Program-made: the position numbers and the translations under genes | The notes under the pieces: model-generated | Told to the model about the DNA's origin: nothing | What the model saw: the letters and a program-made list of their open reading frames with translations, nothing else | Databases searched by the model: none | Shown: positions 38,445 to 51,305 of the stretch, one piece after another | Position numbering within the stretch: the first letter of the stretch is position 1 | Layout of the letters: each line of letters opens with the position of its first letter | Source of the DNA: Camelus dromedarius | Taxonomy: Eukaryota | Length of the DNA stretch: 64,000 nt | Assembly: GCF_036321535.1 (NCBI RefSeq) | Contig: NC_087437.1 | Location: 24,864,001 to 24,928,000, forward strand | Direction of reading: 5' to 3'

Positions 38445-41400
38445 TGACGATCCGATCAACTTGCTAAATGTACCAGCAAACCAAGTAATTAAGGGAGGGA
38501 GGGAGGGAAAGAAAAAGACTAATAGTGTTAAACTCAGTCAAAACAGTTAACCTGGGCTTTCAATCATCCTTTTCGATAATGTTTTTGGCTGAATCTGAAA
38601 CTCAAATAATAAATATTATACTTTGCATGACAAACTCAATTTTTTGTCTAGTTCCCTAATACTAAATAAAACTTCACCACACCTTTACGTGAATATCTAA
38701 ATTGTAGTTTGCATTAAGAACCTGTAACACATAAATACTATGAAAACACTGATTTGGGGGCTGTTGTCCACATCCTATTTCACTTTTAAGTTCCTGTTTT
38801 AATTACATTCTGCTTGTCCCCTTTACCAGAAAGTTAGAAGGGGAATATATTATTAATTGTTATTATTCTATTACTGACCTAACTATACTGCAGATGGGAC
38901 TTTCTCCCACTGGGGTACCTCAATGGATTGCACGGATGCACTACACCATCGTGGTCGTCATTCACTGATAGTTACTTTTTGAGTATGTGCTAACCTGGAT
39001 GGTGCCTAACAGGTCCCTGTGATGCTGTGTTTTTTCAGCTGTAGTTATAGTTCTAGCCCTAAAAGATTTTGCAGTCTAAAACCACTAATGTAGACCAGCA
39101 TCGAGGTTAAGGGTTATTCATAAAATTTGGACCAGTTCTCACTATATGTGTATATGTAACTGATCACTTAAAATCAGAGCTACATAGTATTTAGGATAAA
39201 GGTTAGTTGAGTGCTGAGCCAATAGATAAGGTCCAGGACAGTCAAGCAGAGATTAAAGTGCAGAGCAGAAAAATTTAGAGAGCAGGATTTTTTTTTTTTT
39301 TCCTGGAGTCTTCAGGGTAGTGAAGATCTCTCCTGCTGTAAACAGATGTGCAGGGAAGATTAAATTACTGCTTAGAGTTGGAGGAGGGTGATTCATATCC
39401 AATAGATGGATGAAGCTTTCATATTAATCATGACAAGAAAGTATTACTGAAAGCCTGTGTTGGTCACTAACCCTGGAGTATGTCGTCCGATGACTTGATT
39501 ATGCTTTCTAAGGCAGTCTTACTCTCTCTGCTTTTAAGAGGAGATTGAGAAGGGACACCCATGGCAGACTCTCTTATGCTGATATCACTCAATAACACTG
39601 GGAATATCTTGGGTGGCAGAGGCTACCAGCTTACCAGGATCTTAAAGAGGCCCCACATCACTGAGTGATAACAGGACAGACAGCCTTGGACTTGGCAGGG
39701 AAGCAGTGACAGGAAAAGGAGAAGTCACTCCCTAGTTCAGTCCTTAGACGTCTCAAGTGCAACACAAAGCTCAGCTAAGAGTTTGATTTCTTCTTCTTCT
39801 TTTCTGTTTGTTCGCTGGTAATAAATAGCCATGGATGCTTATAAAGATGTGAAAAACAATGTTAAAATAGTTTGGGGATGATCAGATGAACAGTCTGCCA
39901 TGGAGGAAAGAACGAACATTTTAAAATGAAATATAAAATCACCTGTAAAAGGCTAGACTTGAGCTAACTGGGCACAAGAACATGTGTTACGAGTTAGTGG
40001 TCTTGTGATTTTTCGAATTATGCCACTGTACATAATACAGCGTTGTTTGATAGACCTCAGTCAGTGGCCTGGCACTACACCAGATCTGTCATTTGGAGGA
40101 GAGGAAGGCAATTCCAATTTCATCTACATAAGCTCATATTAAAATAAGGAAAAACAAGTGTGACACAGCTGCAGTAGCCTGGCCAAGTCAAAACGCTTAC
40201 AAATATTTTATGTCCGTAATACAAGACTGCTTACTAATGGGAGCATATTATGTGTAAGAGTGCCAGATTGCCTTTGATATAAGTTGGTAATAAAAATGCT
40301 ACAGGGGAAGTATTTATGGTCCTTGTAGGTTATAATAACATGCTTCTGGTTTTATTACTTTAACAGACACTAAGAAAAAAAATCTATACAATGTGGTCAC
40401 TTTTCTTACACAGCATGTATAACACATGCACCATCAGCTAGCCTATTGAATCGACAATTTATTGGACTTTGTTGCATATCTTGGAAGTAATAGTTTATAT
40501 AAACATGTGCCTTTTCTCTTCTGAAGAGAATTTCTTGCGTGCTCCGGTTCATGCTCTGTTGTACTGCCATACAAATATGAAAACATGTAAAATTAATAAA
40601 AGTCATGCTTTAGGCAATACTACACAATATTCTTTTATGGGGGAGGAGAATGTAGTTGGGTTGAAGCAATATAACAAGTGATGACATTCTAAGATTTATG
40701 AATAGAAACACCCTATTTATTATACAAAGTTAAGGAATTTCTCCTTGGGGAAAAGGAAATGTAACCACTCTACTGATGTATTTGAAAGAAAAAAATTTTT
40801 TGAAACAATAAAAGGAATGGTGCAGTTCCCATCATTTCAATCTATAATGTAATGAGGAAACATGAGAATAATCCCAACAGTATACTGGATCCTTTGGCAA
40901 AGGGGAGATTAGAGTGATATTTTGGTTTTGGCATCAACATAGGATATAAGTTGGATTCTTTAATGAATATTGCTCTAGGAGACACATATGTATAGATACT
41001 TGTAATGTCAAGTCAGACGTACTGAGGTGTTCCTGTAAAAGAGTATCATCGACATTGAATTTCAATCACCCACTTCTGACCCATCCTAGCTAACTCCTTG
41101 ACTTTGACTTGTTGTCTATTAACTGGGCTATTCCTACATGTAAGTCCCACAGAAAGACATTATTGAAGCTGATGTCAGGTTTTATTGCAGGCCCAGGAAG
41201 ACATTTTGAAGCAGACATGGTCATACGACTTCCCTTCAACCAACCACCCTACCTAAGTGCTAATTTTTGCTACCTTCATGCTGGGCTGGTCCACCAACAG
41301 GGTTTCCTCTTGAGAAAATGTTTTTTGCTTTTGGGGGTTTTTTTGATAGAAACAAATGGGGTTTTCATCTAACTCATACTTATTTAGGGTGAGACTGAGT

Positions 41401-41449
41401 AAACAAAAAGTGATGTAGTGTGGGCTTAGATATGCAAAATTTGAGACAG

Positions 41450-42042
41450 TGTGGTAGCCAGAATTCCAGGATGGTCTCCAAGAGTCTTGCCCTCTCACGG
41501 ACATGCCCTGCAGAATCCTCTCCTTGTCAGCGTGGGTGGGGCCTGTGAATATCACGGGATATTTTTCCCATGACTCTGTTACATTGTATGGCAAAAGTTA
41601 AGTAATTTTACAAGTGTGATTAGAGTCCTTACTCAGTTGATTTTGAATAAATCAAAAGAGGGATTATCCAGCGTGGGTCTGAATTAATCAGACTTTTCAA
41701 AGCACACCTAGACCTAAGAGGCAAGAAAAAGCAGCAGACTCCCTCCTGTGCACCTTGAAGAAAGTGTAGAGAAGATGAGTGCAGGGAATGGGCCTCAGTT
41801 CTCACAGCTGCAAGGAACCGAGTCCTGCCAACAGCCAGTGAGCTTAGAAGAGGAATCCATGATAACACGAGATTGTACCTCCAGCCAAAACTGTGACCCT
41901 GAGGAAAGGACCCAGCTAGACCAAGCTCAGACACCAGAGTCACATAGATGGCAAAACAATAAATAGGAAATGTGTGTTGTTTTAAACTACTAAGTTTGAG
42001 GTACAAACCAATTTGTCACACAGCCAATTTAGATAGTCTATC
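41450..42042 (+). mobile_element. MaLR solo LTR (MLT1E-like)
   Basis: TGTGGTAGCCAGAATTCCAGGATGG...CAGCTGCAAGGAACCGAGTCCTGCCAACA...TGTGTGTTGTTTTAAACTACTAAGTTTG. Confidence 0.88.
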
Positions 42043-42344
42043 ATTCTCTTTGTCAAGATTTAGTTGCTCTTACTTCTAGAAAAGTCTCTTACTGAACTAA
42101 CATCCATGTGTTCAGTTCTGTGTTCTAAGGAAATAGATAATTGTTGGAGAATGTCCCCTTTGTAATAACTTAGTAACTTTCCCTTAGATTTCTAGTCTAT
42201 ACATCTGGATTCTTTTAAAAAAAATTAAGAAAGAAACTGGATTCTATTAACTTTTAAACATAAACTGTTAACCTCTACATTCATTTAACATTTCCATAAT
42301 AACATTTTTAGTTTTTATGATATTTCTTTCTGAACACACTTCAG

Positions 42345-42416
42345 TTTCTCATATGTGTTGTGTTAACCTGGATTCAAATTTTCTCATATATGTTGTGTTG
42401 ACTTACATGGATTCAA
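42345..42416. repeat. Tandem duplication of about 35 bp
   Basis: TTTCTCATATGTGTTGTGTTAACCTGGATTCAA then TTTCTCATATATGTTGTGTTGACTTACATGGATTCAA. Confidence 0.8.
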
Positions 42417-42711
42417 GACCCCATAGGGAACTTGCCACTGAAGATAGAAGAGAGGCACTAGTCCTTGCCCCGATGGTCCATGCATCTCTGCCTACTGTGT
42501 GTAGGTGAGTATCCCATTCATTTGGCTTGTTGTTTATTTGTTACAGTTTTTAATACCAGCTAGAAATTGTTGATTCAAGTTCAGTTGAGTGTCTATTCTG
42601 ACTTATGTCTCTGACGTTTGTCATTGAAGCCACAGTGGACATTTCCCAATTTTAACTCTGTAGTTTATTTTAGAACCAATAGACCTAAGTAGATATGGAT
42701 AGCTTGCTTCT

Positions 42712-43055
42712 CTTTTTTGTTTTTGTTTCATTTTGTTTTAACTGTGGTAAAAAACACATAACATAAAATTCATCTTAACCATTTTTAAGTGTACAGCTCA
42801 GTACTTAGTACCAAGTATTATTCACATCATTGTGTAACTAATCTCCAGAACTTTTTCATCTTGCAAAACCGAAATTCTACACTCTTTAAACCACTCCCCA
42901 TTTCTTCCTCCCCTTGGCTCCTGGCAACTACCATTTCACTTTATGTTTATATAAATTTGAAGACCCTAAATATTTCATATAGATTGAAACATACAGTATG
43001 TGTAATTTTATGAGTAGCTTATTTTGCTTAGTGTAATATGCTCAAGGTTTATCTA
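42712..43055 (-). mobile_element. L1 (L1MA/MB-like) 3' UTR
   Basis: TGTGGTAAAAAACACATAACATAAAATT...CCATTTTTAAGTGTACAG...ATCTCCAGAACTTTTTCATCTTGCAAAAC...CCTGGCAACTACCATT. Confidence 0.88.
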
Positions 43056-43072
43056 CAAATTAGTCAGGGCTT

Positions 43073-43129
43073 TATATTAGTCAGGGTTCTCCAGAGAAAC
43101 AGAACCAATAGGAAATATTATATAATGTG

Positions 43130-43160
<31 letters not shown>
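43073..43160 (-). mobile_element. MLT2 (ERVL) LTR 3' end with (TA)n
   Basis: TATTAGTCAGGGTTCTCCAGAGAAACAGAACCAATAGGA. Confidence 0.85.
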
Positions 43161-43161
<1 letters not shown>

Positions 43162-43174
43162 AAAATTGAGATTG

Positions 43175-43262
43175 AGTAGTAGGCAGAATTCCAAGATGGT
43201 CTCCAAGTGTCCCACGCTTTCTGAAAATGCTCTGTAGAATCCTCTTTCCGTTAGTGTGTTGG
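43175..43262 (+). mobile_element. MLT1E-like LTR 5' fragment
   Basis: GTAGTAGGCAGAATTCCAAGATGGTCTCCAAG, similar to the start of the element at 41450. Confidence 0.7.
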
Positions 43263-44724
43263 ACCTTTTTGTTTGTTTCTTAAACACTTCGTATGGTAAA
43301 AATAGAGCAAAAATAGTTTTTTGTTCAAAGAGGAAAAAATATACTTCTATGGTCACAGCTCTAAGGATGATTTAAGTAGTCCCTGGCTCTCAGTTGTGCA
43401 CTGTAGTATAGGTTAACTTCAACCACAGCTTCTCCAGCTTCAGTCATTTATCAGAAGCTAGAATCAACCTGTAAAGATACATGAAGAAATAGAACAAGTG
43501 GCAACCAGCTTCAACATGGCTCCTGCTGTTTGTGACTTCAGCGGCCCCTGATTGTGTATTCTGTGGGATCAGGCTCTCCCGTGTTACCACTTGGCATCGC
43601 AACAAACTGATACATATTCCAAGTGGAGACAGGCAGGTTGAGAAGGAAGACGAACCAGTGCAATGAAGCGAGCATCACTACAGTGACAGTGGTGTGGCCA
43701 GTCAATTCTGGAATCACCCATTTGTTTAATTTCTAGCAACATGATCTAGTATTAAATTAGTCACATCCTAAATAGGACAATGTAATTATGAAATACACTG
43801 AGAAATCAACAGTCAAGGAGAGAAAAGACAAACATCATTCCCTCCCTCCCCATCCCTTTTTCTCCTCCTAGTCCTTCTTCTTCTCCTCCTTTCTCGGCCT
43901 CCCTCCCACCCCACCCACCTCTGGTTGTTTTCTTTAATTGTGAAGTTTACTCCTGTACAATTTGTTTGATCTTCTTTCCTAATTCCCTGATTTGTTTCTG
44001 AGTAAATTGTTTGGTTTTTTCTTTCTTTTTTTTTTTTCTTTTGTTTTTGGAGATGGGGAAAATGATTGACTAAGGGATAGCAATGCCAATTCCTTCCTTC
44101 AGAGTTTTCTGGGTAGTTGACTCGGGCATTCATTATCTGGCTAAAGTCGCACTCATAATGCTAACACAGAAGGGCTGACTCCTGAGATTCCCGTAATGAA
44201 TCCTGGGGCCAGAGAAAAGGGGGCCAGGATTCTGTATAGCTTAGAGTACTGTGAGGGGTAAGATCTTTAGCACTTGGTGGACAGTCCGCATACCTTAAAA
44301 GAAAGCCTGCTCTGCTACAGGTGTTTGTTTTCCCCCTTGTGGAGCCACACCTTCTGCAATCAGGGTTCTATCATCAGAAATTGTATTTAGTGACAGGTAC
44401 TCCTCATCTGGGTGAATGAAATGAATTTAGATTTCATACTTGTCCACCCTCATCTCATCTTCACATATAGGTGAGAGAAATAATAAAAAGCAGCAAGATA
44501 TAAAAAGGGAAAATTAATCTGAATGAAAGAGAGTTACTGTAGGAAACAGGAAAAAAATTAAAATTGTTATCATTAGTATCCTCATGGAAATTTTAAATAA
44601 CAATATCGCATTTACTAAAATAATTCAACAACAGGCAGCAATGAGAAAATTTCTGGAAGTTACACCTGATTCTCCATGTGTCACTTTTCATCTTTCACTT
44701 ATTAAGCTGATTTTCAAAACCACT

Positions 44725-45300
44725 GCTTTAGATTTCAAAGTGTGGTCCCTGGACCGGCACTATTAGTATCAACGGAGAACTTGTTAGAAGTGCCCGTTCT
44801 TGAGCCCCAGCGCAGATCTCCTGAAATAGACATTTTGGCTGTGGAGCCCAGCAAGCTGTGCTTCACTGAGCCCTGCAGATGACTCTGATGTGAGCTGAAG
44901 TCTCAGAGCCACTGCCTGACTGCATATTAGAATCGCCTAAGGAACTTTAAAAACTGCTGGTGACTGGCTCCTACCCTAGGAGATTCTGACTTAATAGACT
45001 TGGGGTGCAACTTGGGCTTCAGGAGTTTTAAAAGCTCCCTGGTGATTCTACTGTGCAGCTAAAGATGAGAACCAATGATCTCTATCTGCTGGGCTCAAAT
45101 AATTAGATCCCTTTCCAGATCTGTTTAAAGCAGTGGTTCCCGAGCATGTCTGCTCTTTGGAATCACCTGGAGAACCTCACAGATAACTGCTGGGGTGTAG
45201 CACCCCTAGACACTGTCCTTTGTTTGCTCTGGGGTGTGGTCTGGATTTTAAACAACAAAAATCAGGCTACTCTAATATGTCAAGTTTGAGAAACAATGGG
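44725..45300. mobile_element. Three adjacent MER5A/MER5B-like hAT MITEs
   Basis: TTCAAAGTGTGGTCCCTGGACC...GAACTTGTTAGAA; GACTGCATATTAGAATCGCCT...AAAGCTCCCTGGTGATTCTA...GAGAACCA; GCAGTGGTTCCCGAG...GGAATCACCTGG...AAGTTTGAGAAACAATG. Confidence 0.85.
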
Positions 45301-45550
45301 TTAAAAACTAAACTCCATGTTCTAAAGATACATTCCTAATTCCAGAGACTAAATTCCTAGATCTAAAGACACTAAATATATGACCTTTATATACATACAT
45401 ATTATCTTATTACAAATAACATATATAAAGACTAATTATATACTGATTATATACATATAACTGAAGTAAGATTTAATTGTTTCCAACATCCCTAAACAAA
45501 ATTAAGCTTAAAAAAAGAAGATGATTCGTAGCCCAAGGTAATGGACAGAA

Positions 45551-45783
45551 AGCAGTGCTTCTCAGTCTTGGCAGTGCATCAGAATCTCATGGGAGCTTTT
45601 AAAACCTTTAATACTTAAGCCTCACCCCAGACCAATTAAATCCAATTAAATCAGAACCTCTGGGTGTAACTGAGGTATCCGTATTATTTAAATTAAGTCA
45701 GAACATCGCAGAGTAATCAAAGGTTCAGTATTTTTGAAATATCCTCAGAAGCTTCCAAAGGGCACAAGAGGCTGAGAACCACA
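45551..45783. mobile_element. MER5-like MITE with a partial internal duplication
   Basis: GCAGTGCTTCTCAG...CCTCACCCCAGACCAATTAAATC...TGAGAACCAC; AATTAA(A/G)TCAGAAC occurs twice. Confidence 0.7.
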
Positions 45784-46120
45784 GGTCAGAGGGCGACTTG
45801 CACTTCAGGTGAAAAGGAGCTTTGCTCATTCTAGTTTTCTCACAGGACATGGAGAAGCTGGGCCTGCCTTATGTGCCCAGGGATGGAATGACAATGTCAC
45901 CAGCAGGGGTAATGATACGAGCATCAGTATAGGGCCTTATGTAGTAGGTGTCTACCTGATATACTTCTGGCTTTTATTAGTGGTTTGGCATTTGGTGGCC
46001 GGATGCCCCCTGCACAAGTCACCCAGGGATCTTGTAATATTTTTATTTATTATTATTATTAAAGTCAAACATTTGAGCCACCAAACTACTGCGGTAAAAC
46101 TAAGCTGCAGTAGCTTATGT

Positions 46121-46346
46121 TAGTGGTTTTCCACCAGCAGGATTTTGTCACCCAGGGGATACTTGACAATGTCTGGAGACGTTTTGTTTGTCACAGCTGT
46201 CGAGGGAGGGGAGTCCTCCACTGGCATCTAGTGAATAAAAGGTCAGGGGAGCCTCTAAACACCCTATAATGCCCAGGACAACTTCCCACTCCAATAAAGA
46301 ATTACCCAGACTGAAATGTCAGCAGCGCTGAGACTGAGAAATCTTG
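46121..46346. mobile_element. MER20 hAT-Charlie MITE
   Basis: TAGTGGTTTTCCACC...CCCAGGGGATACTTGACAATGTCTGGAGAC...CTGGCATCTAGTG...AAAGAATTACCCAG...AAATGTCAGCAGCGCTGAGACTGAGAAATCTTG. Confidence 0.9.
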
Positions 46347-46799
46347 CTTCTGCCGAAAGCCTGTAGGCTTCTACTATTTCAGGGGAAATTGTAGATCAAA
46401 GGTAGAAAGTCTATTACAAAGAATAATTTGCTTAGGGGAGAGTTCAGAAAATCTCCAGAATTTCTTGATAGAACCAGGTATTCTAAAGATCATACCTTGT
46501 TCCTAGGAAGAAACTCAGCTGCACAGTGGTTTCAAATTATCCCGGCATCTATTTAAAATTTGTTCCTGGATTTCTCAAAGTAAAAATTCCAACTTACAAT
46601 ATTTAATATATTCTAAGAGAAACTCATCTCTGTGTACATATATTTAGAACAACCAACAAATCATCTGGAGGGTTTCTTTTTCCATGGGTTTATTCCCTAA
46701 GCCCTGAGTGTCCTTCTCTGTCTCCTATCCAGGGGAGCCCAGGTGTGTTTTTTTAAGTGACAGTTGAGGAGTCAGATCCTCCTGAAAACCTTGCATGAC

Positions 46800-47030
46800 C
46801 TAGGACTTCCGTTACTAAAAGAGGTGTCCCTCTTTCATGTTCTCAAGATACTCTCTGTGCATTTCACATTTGTCTCATAGTATGTAAACATTTTAAAATA
46901 TGAATCTAACTCCTTAATAAGCTGTATCTCTTAAAGGTAGAGCATTTGCTCTGTAGTTCCAGGACCTCGCAAAACCCTGGCACGTTGAAGAGTACTCAGA
47001 GTTTTGTTAAATGAGCAAATGAGTGGGTGA
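46800..47030 (+). mobile_element. L2 3' fragment
   Basis: CCTGGCACGTTGAAGAGTACTCAGAGTTTTGTTAAATGAGCAAATGAGTG terminus. Confidence 0.6.
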
Positions 47031-49655
47031 CATGTTTGCATCATTAGTTGTGTTTTATGCAATACCGGGAAAATAACTATTTTGCATTAACTCTTATGTA
47101 GGTGACTCAGATCTATCACATCAAAAATTGCATTGAAGTTTACTCAACCACAAAAACCCACCTTTATACTTAGACTCATTTATCAGTGCTGCTTCCTGCT
47201 TGTCCTAGTCACTTTCAGCCCTCATTTTAAGAGCTCAAGGTCACTGAGCACAAATAATAAATTGTTTCTCTTTCCCTAGTAAAATATTGAAAAAAACCTA
47301 ACCAAAATGAAATAGCAAGAAGCCACGGAGTTTAATGTGTTTTCTGCAGGCTCATTATTTTTTGAAAAAACTTTACGAAATATTTTTGATTGTTTTAAAA
47401 TATTTTTACAAAGAAGGAAAAAGAGCTTGAACCTCTGACCTTCTGATAATACGTTTTTCAGCTCCTTCTAGCTATATCTGCCGAAGTCCTAGTTCTAGGC
47501 ACTTGTAAGATATTTTTAATCATTTGTGCCTATTCATTTTGATTAAAGGAATTGGAGGAAAAAAGAAAGTGAGCCATTCCAGAAAGGGCTGCAGAAAGTA
47601 TGTCATTAACATTTTTCTACCGCCAAATTTAGTCATCAACTTAATTGCTGAGATTTAATTGTTCTCATGGGATTTTCACAGTGACTGCTTCATTGACCAT
47701 CTTGTTCTACAAAGAAAATATATGTACCGACTCTGAAATTCTATGTTATTTCTGGGAAAAGGTCATCATTTAGTTGATAGAGAAAGCAAAGGTATTTAGT
47801 TCAAAATATGTGTTTGTGAGAGTTTCAGAGAACAGTCACAGCAAATCTAAGAATACTTCCCGTTCCTTCAGCAGCTGACAGCTAAAGATCTCCATGCACC
47901 ATTTACGGCATATCAGAGTCAGCATCTCGTCCAGAAACCTCTAATAAAACCTTCTCTCCCTTCACTTACATTTAACAAAAATAGAAAGAACATTGGAATG
48001 CAGACTAAAGAAAAAGCAAGACTATCAACTGCAGATCTGACTCACAGAGGACTTTTTATGCCTTCCCTAGTGCTGTATCTCAATTGTGTATGTACTCGAG
48101 CTGCACGTCTGTGAGTTCTCTTCCTGTTCTCCCGAGATAATTTTGTACTATGGAGGAGGAGATAAGAATGGAGGCTTGCGTTTTGGAGCTGAGAGACTAG
48201 ATTCCTAGGTATGTCCTGTAGCGCTGCTACTGACCTGTACTGTACAATTAACATTTCCATAGCATTCTTTTCTCTGTATTCCCCATAAATCATCACCGGA
48301 TACAGGTTAATTCTAAGTAAAAGACCATTAAGTCATTTTATCTCATTACACCCACCATAACTATATTTGTTTGTGTGTATAAATATACAGATTTATGTGT
48401 ATTCTTCCAGAAGCAAAGTTTAATGGTTCTGGAAACCACTAATTGTGTGATGTGATAGATGTCAGAGATAGAAAACTATAAGATGCATTTTTCCAAGTTA
48501 TATATACACACATAGACATATGCATGTGGAGGCGTGGTTACTGGATATAGAAAAGCGGGGAGCCTGAAGGCTTAGTTGAGAGTGGCATTTGTCTACTTGT
48601 GTTTGAGTGGCAAAGACACACAAGCATGAGGAAATACATAAATACACACTTTAACCCCTTCCCCACAATATAGGCGAAGCAATGATCTATAAATGAGGGT
48701 GGTGAACTAGATTATGTAGATTTCTTATTTCTATGAAATTTTAGGATTTTATGAATGAGGTGTTTTTTTTGTTTGTTTTTTAAACAACACACATGCCCAC
48801 CAAATTTTTCATCTGGTAGTGATGCCTGGAATCTCTGTCCTTGTTGTACTCCCAAGTGTGTTCAGATTTTTTTAAAACAAAAATTAGTCTCCTGGTCCAT
48901 CTTTTTCATTTTACTGATCGCTTGACAACTAACTCTTACTTCAAATTTTCTATGTATCTTTCATTGAATCATTAGAGGTTGTGTTCAGAGATTTAGGAAG
49001 GGAGGAAAATTGTAGAGAATGTTTTATAAAGTAAGAATATAGAAAGCTAAGTGATAAAAATTGCTCTATCTCTTTCAAGGGCCAGTTGCAACAAATGACA
49101 TTTTTTTTCTAATTTTCTTATTTAAAATGTTTCATTACTTAAAATTTTTTCAAAGATCTATATGCCACATGAAGAGAATGACTTGTCCGATTATTTTAAC
49201 ACTTATTCTCAACACTTAATGTCATCCTGGATATGCAGTAGTAGTCAAGCAGTATTGTTTGAACATTACCAAGTGGAAGGAGAAGGCTTCAGTATTTCTG
49301 TTTTCTGGAAAATGCAGTAATAGTCACTAGATGCACTCCTGTTAAATTACAGTTCTCCCTGCCAACATGTAACTTGGTTGCAGGTAACAGAATCTACACT
49401 GGTTAGTTTAACGAGTATGGGGATTATTAAGAAATACTAGAAATGTAACAGAACTTTTGGAAGGGCTGAGGGAAGATTGTAGGCTGAGCTTTAAGTCGCA
49501 GTTCCAATCATCACGCTGTAGAACTGCCCACACCAGAACCACAGTGTTTTTACTGATGCCAGGCTTCTAATGTCCAAGCCTGGAACCAGACTTTGTTCCA
49601 TGACAAGAAAACTGCCATAACCTCTGACAGTCTCAGATACGACCTCCCCATCTCT

Positions 49656-49827
49656 GCTTCATTTGCAAATATTTTCTCCCATTCTGTAGGCTGTCTTTTT
49701 GTTTTGTTTATAGTTTCCTTTGCTGTACAAAACTTGTAAGTGTAATTAGGCCCCATTTGTTTATTTTTGTTTTTGTATCTATTGCCTTGGTAAACTGACC
49801 TAGGAGAACATTGCTACGATTTATATC
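49656..49827 (-). mobile_element. Internal L1 ORF2 fragment (frameshifted, no 3' UTR or polyA)
   Basis: Translates to DINRSNVLLGQFTKAIDTKTKINKWGLITLTS and FCTAKETINKTKRQPTEWEKIFAN, typical of the L1 ORF2 C-terminal region. Confidence 0.92.
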
Positions 49828-51166
49828 CCTTTCCTCACATGCTTCTGAATTAAATCTCATACAAATGCATCTGATTAGTGGAAAATGCACCTCATGCAAA
49901 GGGAGAATATGTACATTTTTAAAAATTCTACTTTGACAAGGTTTGCAATGCCCAGAACTACCACAGTGTGAGAATGAGGTTCAGAAGCCTGGACACAGCC
50001 CCAGTGACAGGTACCGACTATATGATGAACTCTTTATTAAACAAAAACCCTCACTACTGCAGTGTTGCCTTTATTACTGGTTTTTCTATTATTGTGGTTC
50101 CAATTTGGGATCTGAGAGCCAGAATAAGAAAAACCGGCAAGTTAATGGCTGTCCAGCATTGAAATAGTGCAACAAAGAAGTCAGGACTTGTTGGTTACCC
50201 CATACTGAATTGTCTAACTTAGCCAATATTTGTGGCTTCTTTTAGATGGCATCAAAATCCATTTCAATATGGGAAACCTAACTGATCAGTTCAGGGCCAT
50301 TTTAACAGAAATTGTATCTCTCAGTTTCTAACAAATGGTTAGGCCATAAAGTGTGGATCAAGTCAATAGAAATCCAAAGGTTTCAGTTCACATAGCTTTC
50401 AGATGGCTGATATTTCCAACCTACTTTGAAACAGTTCTCTATGGAGAGCAAGTGTTGGCAGGATCAACTGATCAACACAGCCTTAATCTTCTCTAGATAA
50501 TGACTAACTGGATGTTCTCTCCAAACCTAGGCAGCCCTTTCCACATGGATATGGAAGAATTCAGAGTCATATAAGAAGAATATAAGAATTATATGAATAA
50601 AATATATAAAGTTAATATATATTAATTTAGAAACATATACAAGTCAACATAATGCAAATAATAATATAAGAATTCAGGGAGTTTGAGTCTCAGGTGAAAT
50701 TTATTTTTACAATTGAGAAATGAAAAATGTCCACATTTGTGCCTTCCGGAGCACAAAGATACCAGAATGGAATATTTGAGGACCAGACTCAATTTTACCA
50801 GCTTTCTTTTCTTTGGACCAAGTATGTGTAGTAAACATTTCATACAAATAACAGCATGTGCTCAAAGTTCAGGCAAGCACATAATTGCTTAATGAAAGCA
50901 ATTAGTAGCAGTAGAAAACACTTGTCTTGATGCTTTCTTTTTCCAGGCCTATATGAGAAACACGCGTGTGCATTTATGGCTATTCCAATATTTCTTTCAC
51001 AATTTATGTTCCTCAAAATATTTTCTAGGACTTAGCTCATCTTTCTCCCAAGTAGAAAATTCCCTGTTGGATCTGTTTCCCCCAGTTCATGCCAACCTCT
51101 CCCTTTTTCATGTTCCTCGTGGCTTTGGACACTTTTTTTTCAAGTTCTATACAGTCATTTGGAGTC

Positions 51167-51305
51167 TTTTTTAAAAATTTGTTTCATTTTATTTTTATTG
51201 AAGTATAGTCAGTTTACAATGTTGTGTCAGTTTCTGGTGTTCAGTTATACATATACATAAATTCATTTTCGTATTATTTCTCATTATAGGTCACTACAAG
51301 ATATT
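51167..51305 (-). mobile_element. Short 5'-truncated young L1 3' end
   Basis: T-rich tail then TTGAAGTATAGTCAGTTTACAATGTTGTGTCAGTTTCTGGTG, same family as the element at 60465. Confidence 0.85.

Noticed and set aside
38186..38448. CRISPR-like or recombinase-inversion system
   Set aside because: Only two direct repeats, all LTR-derived, in a mammalian context with no associated enzyme gene
49550..49899. ORFs with L1 ORF2-like peptides as a CDS
   Set aside because: Frameshifted 170-bp retrotransposon fragment, not a gene
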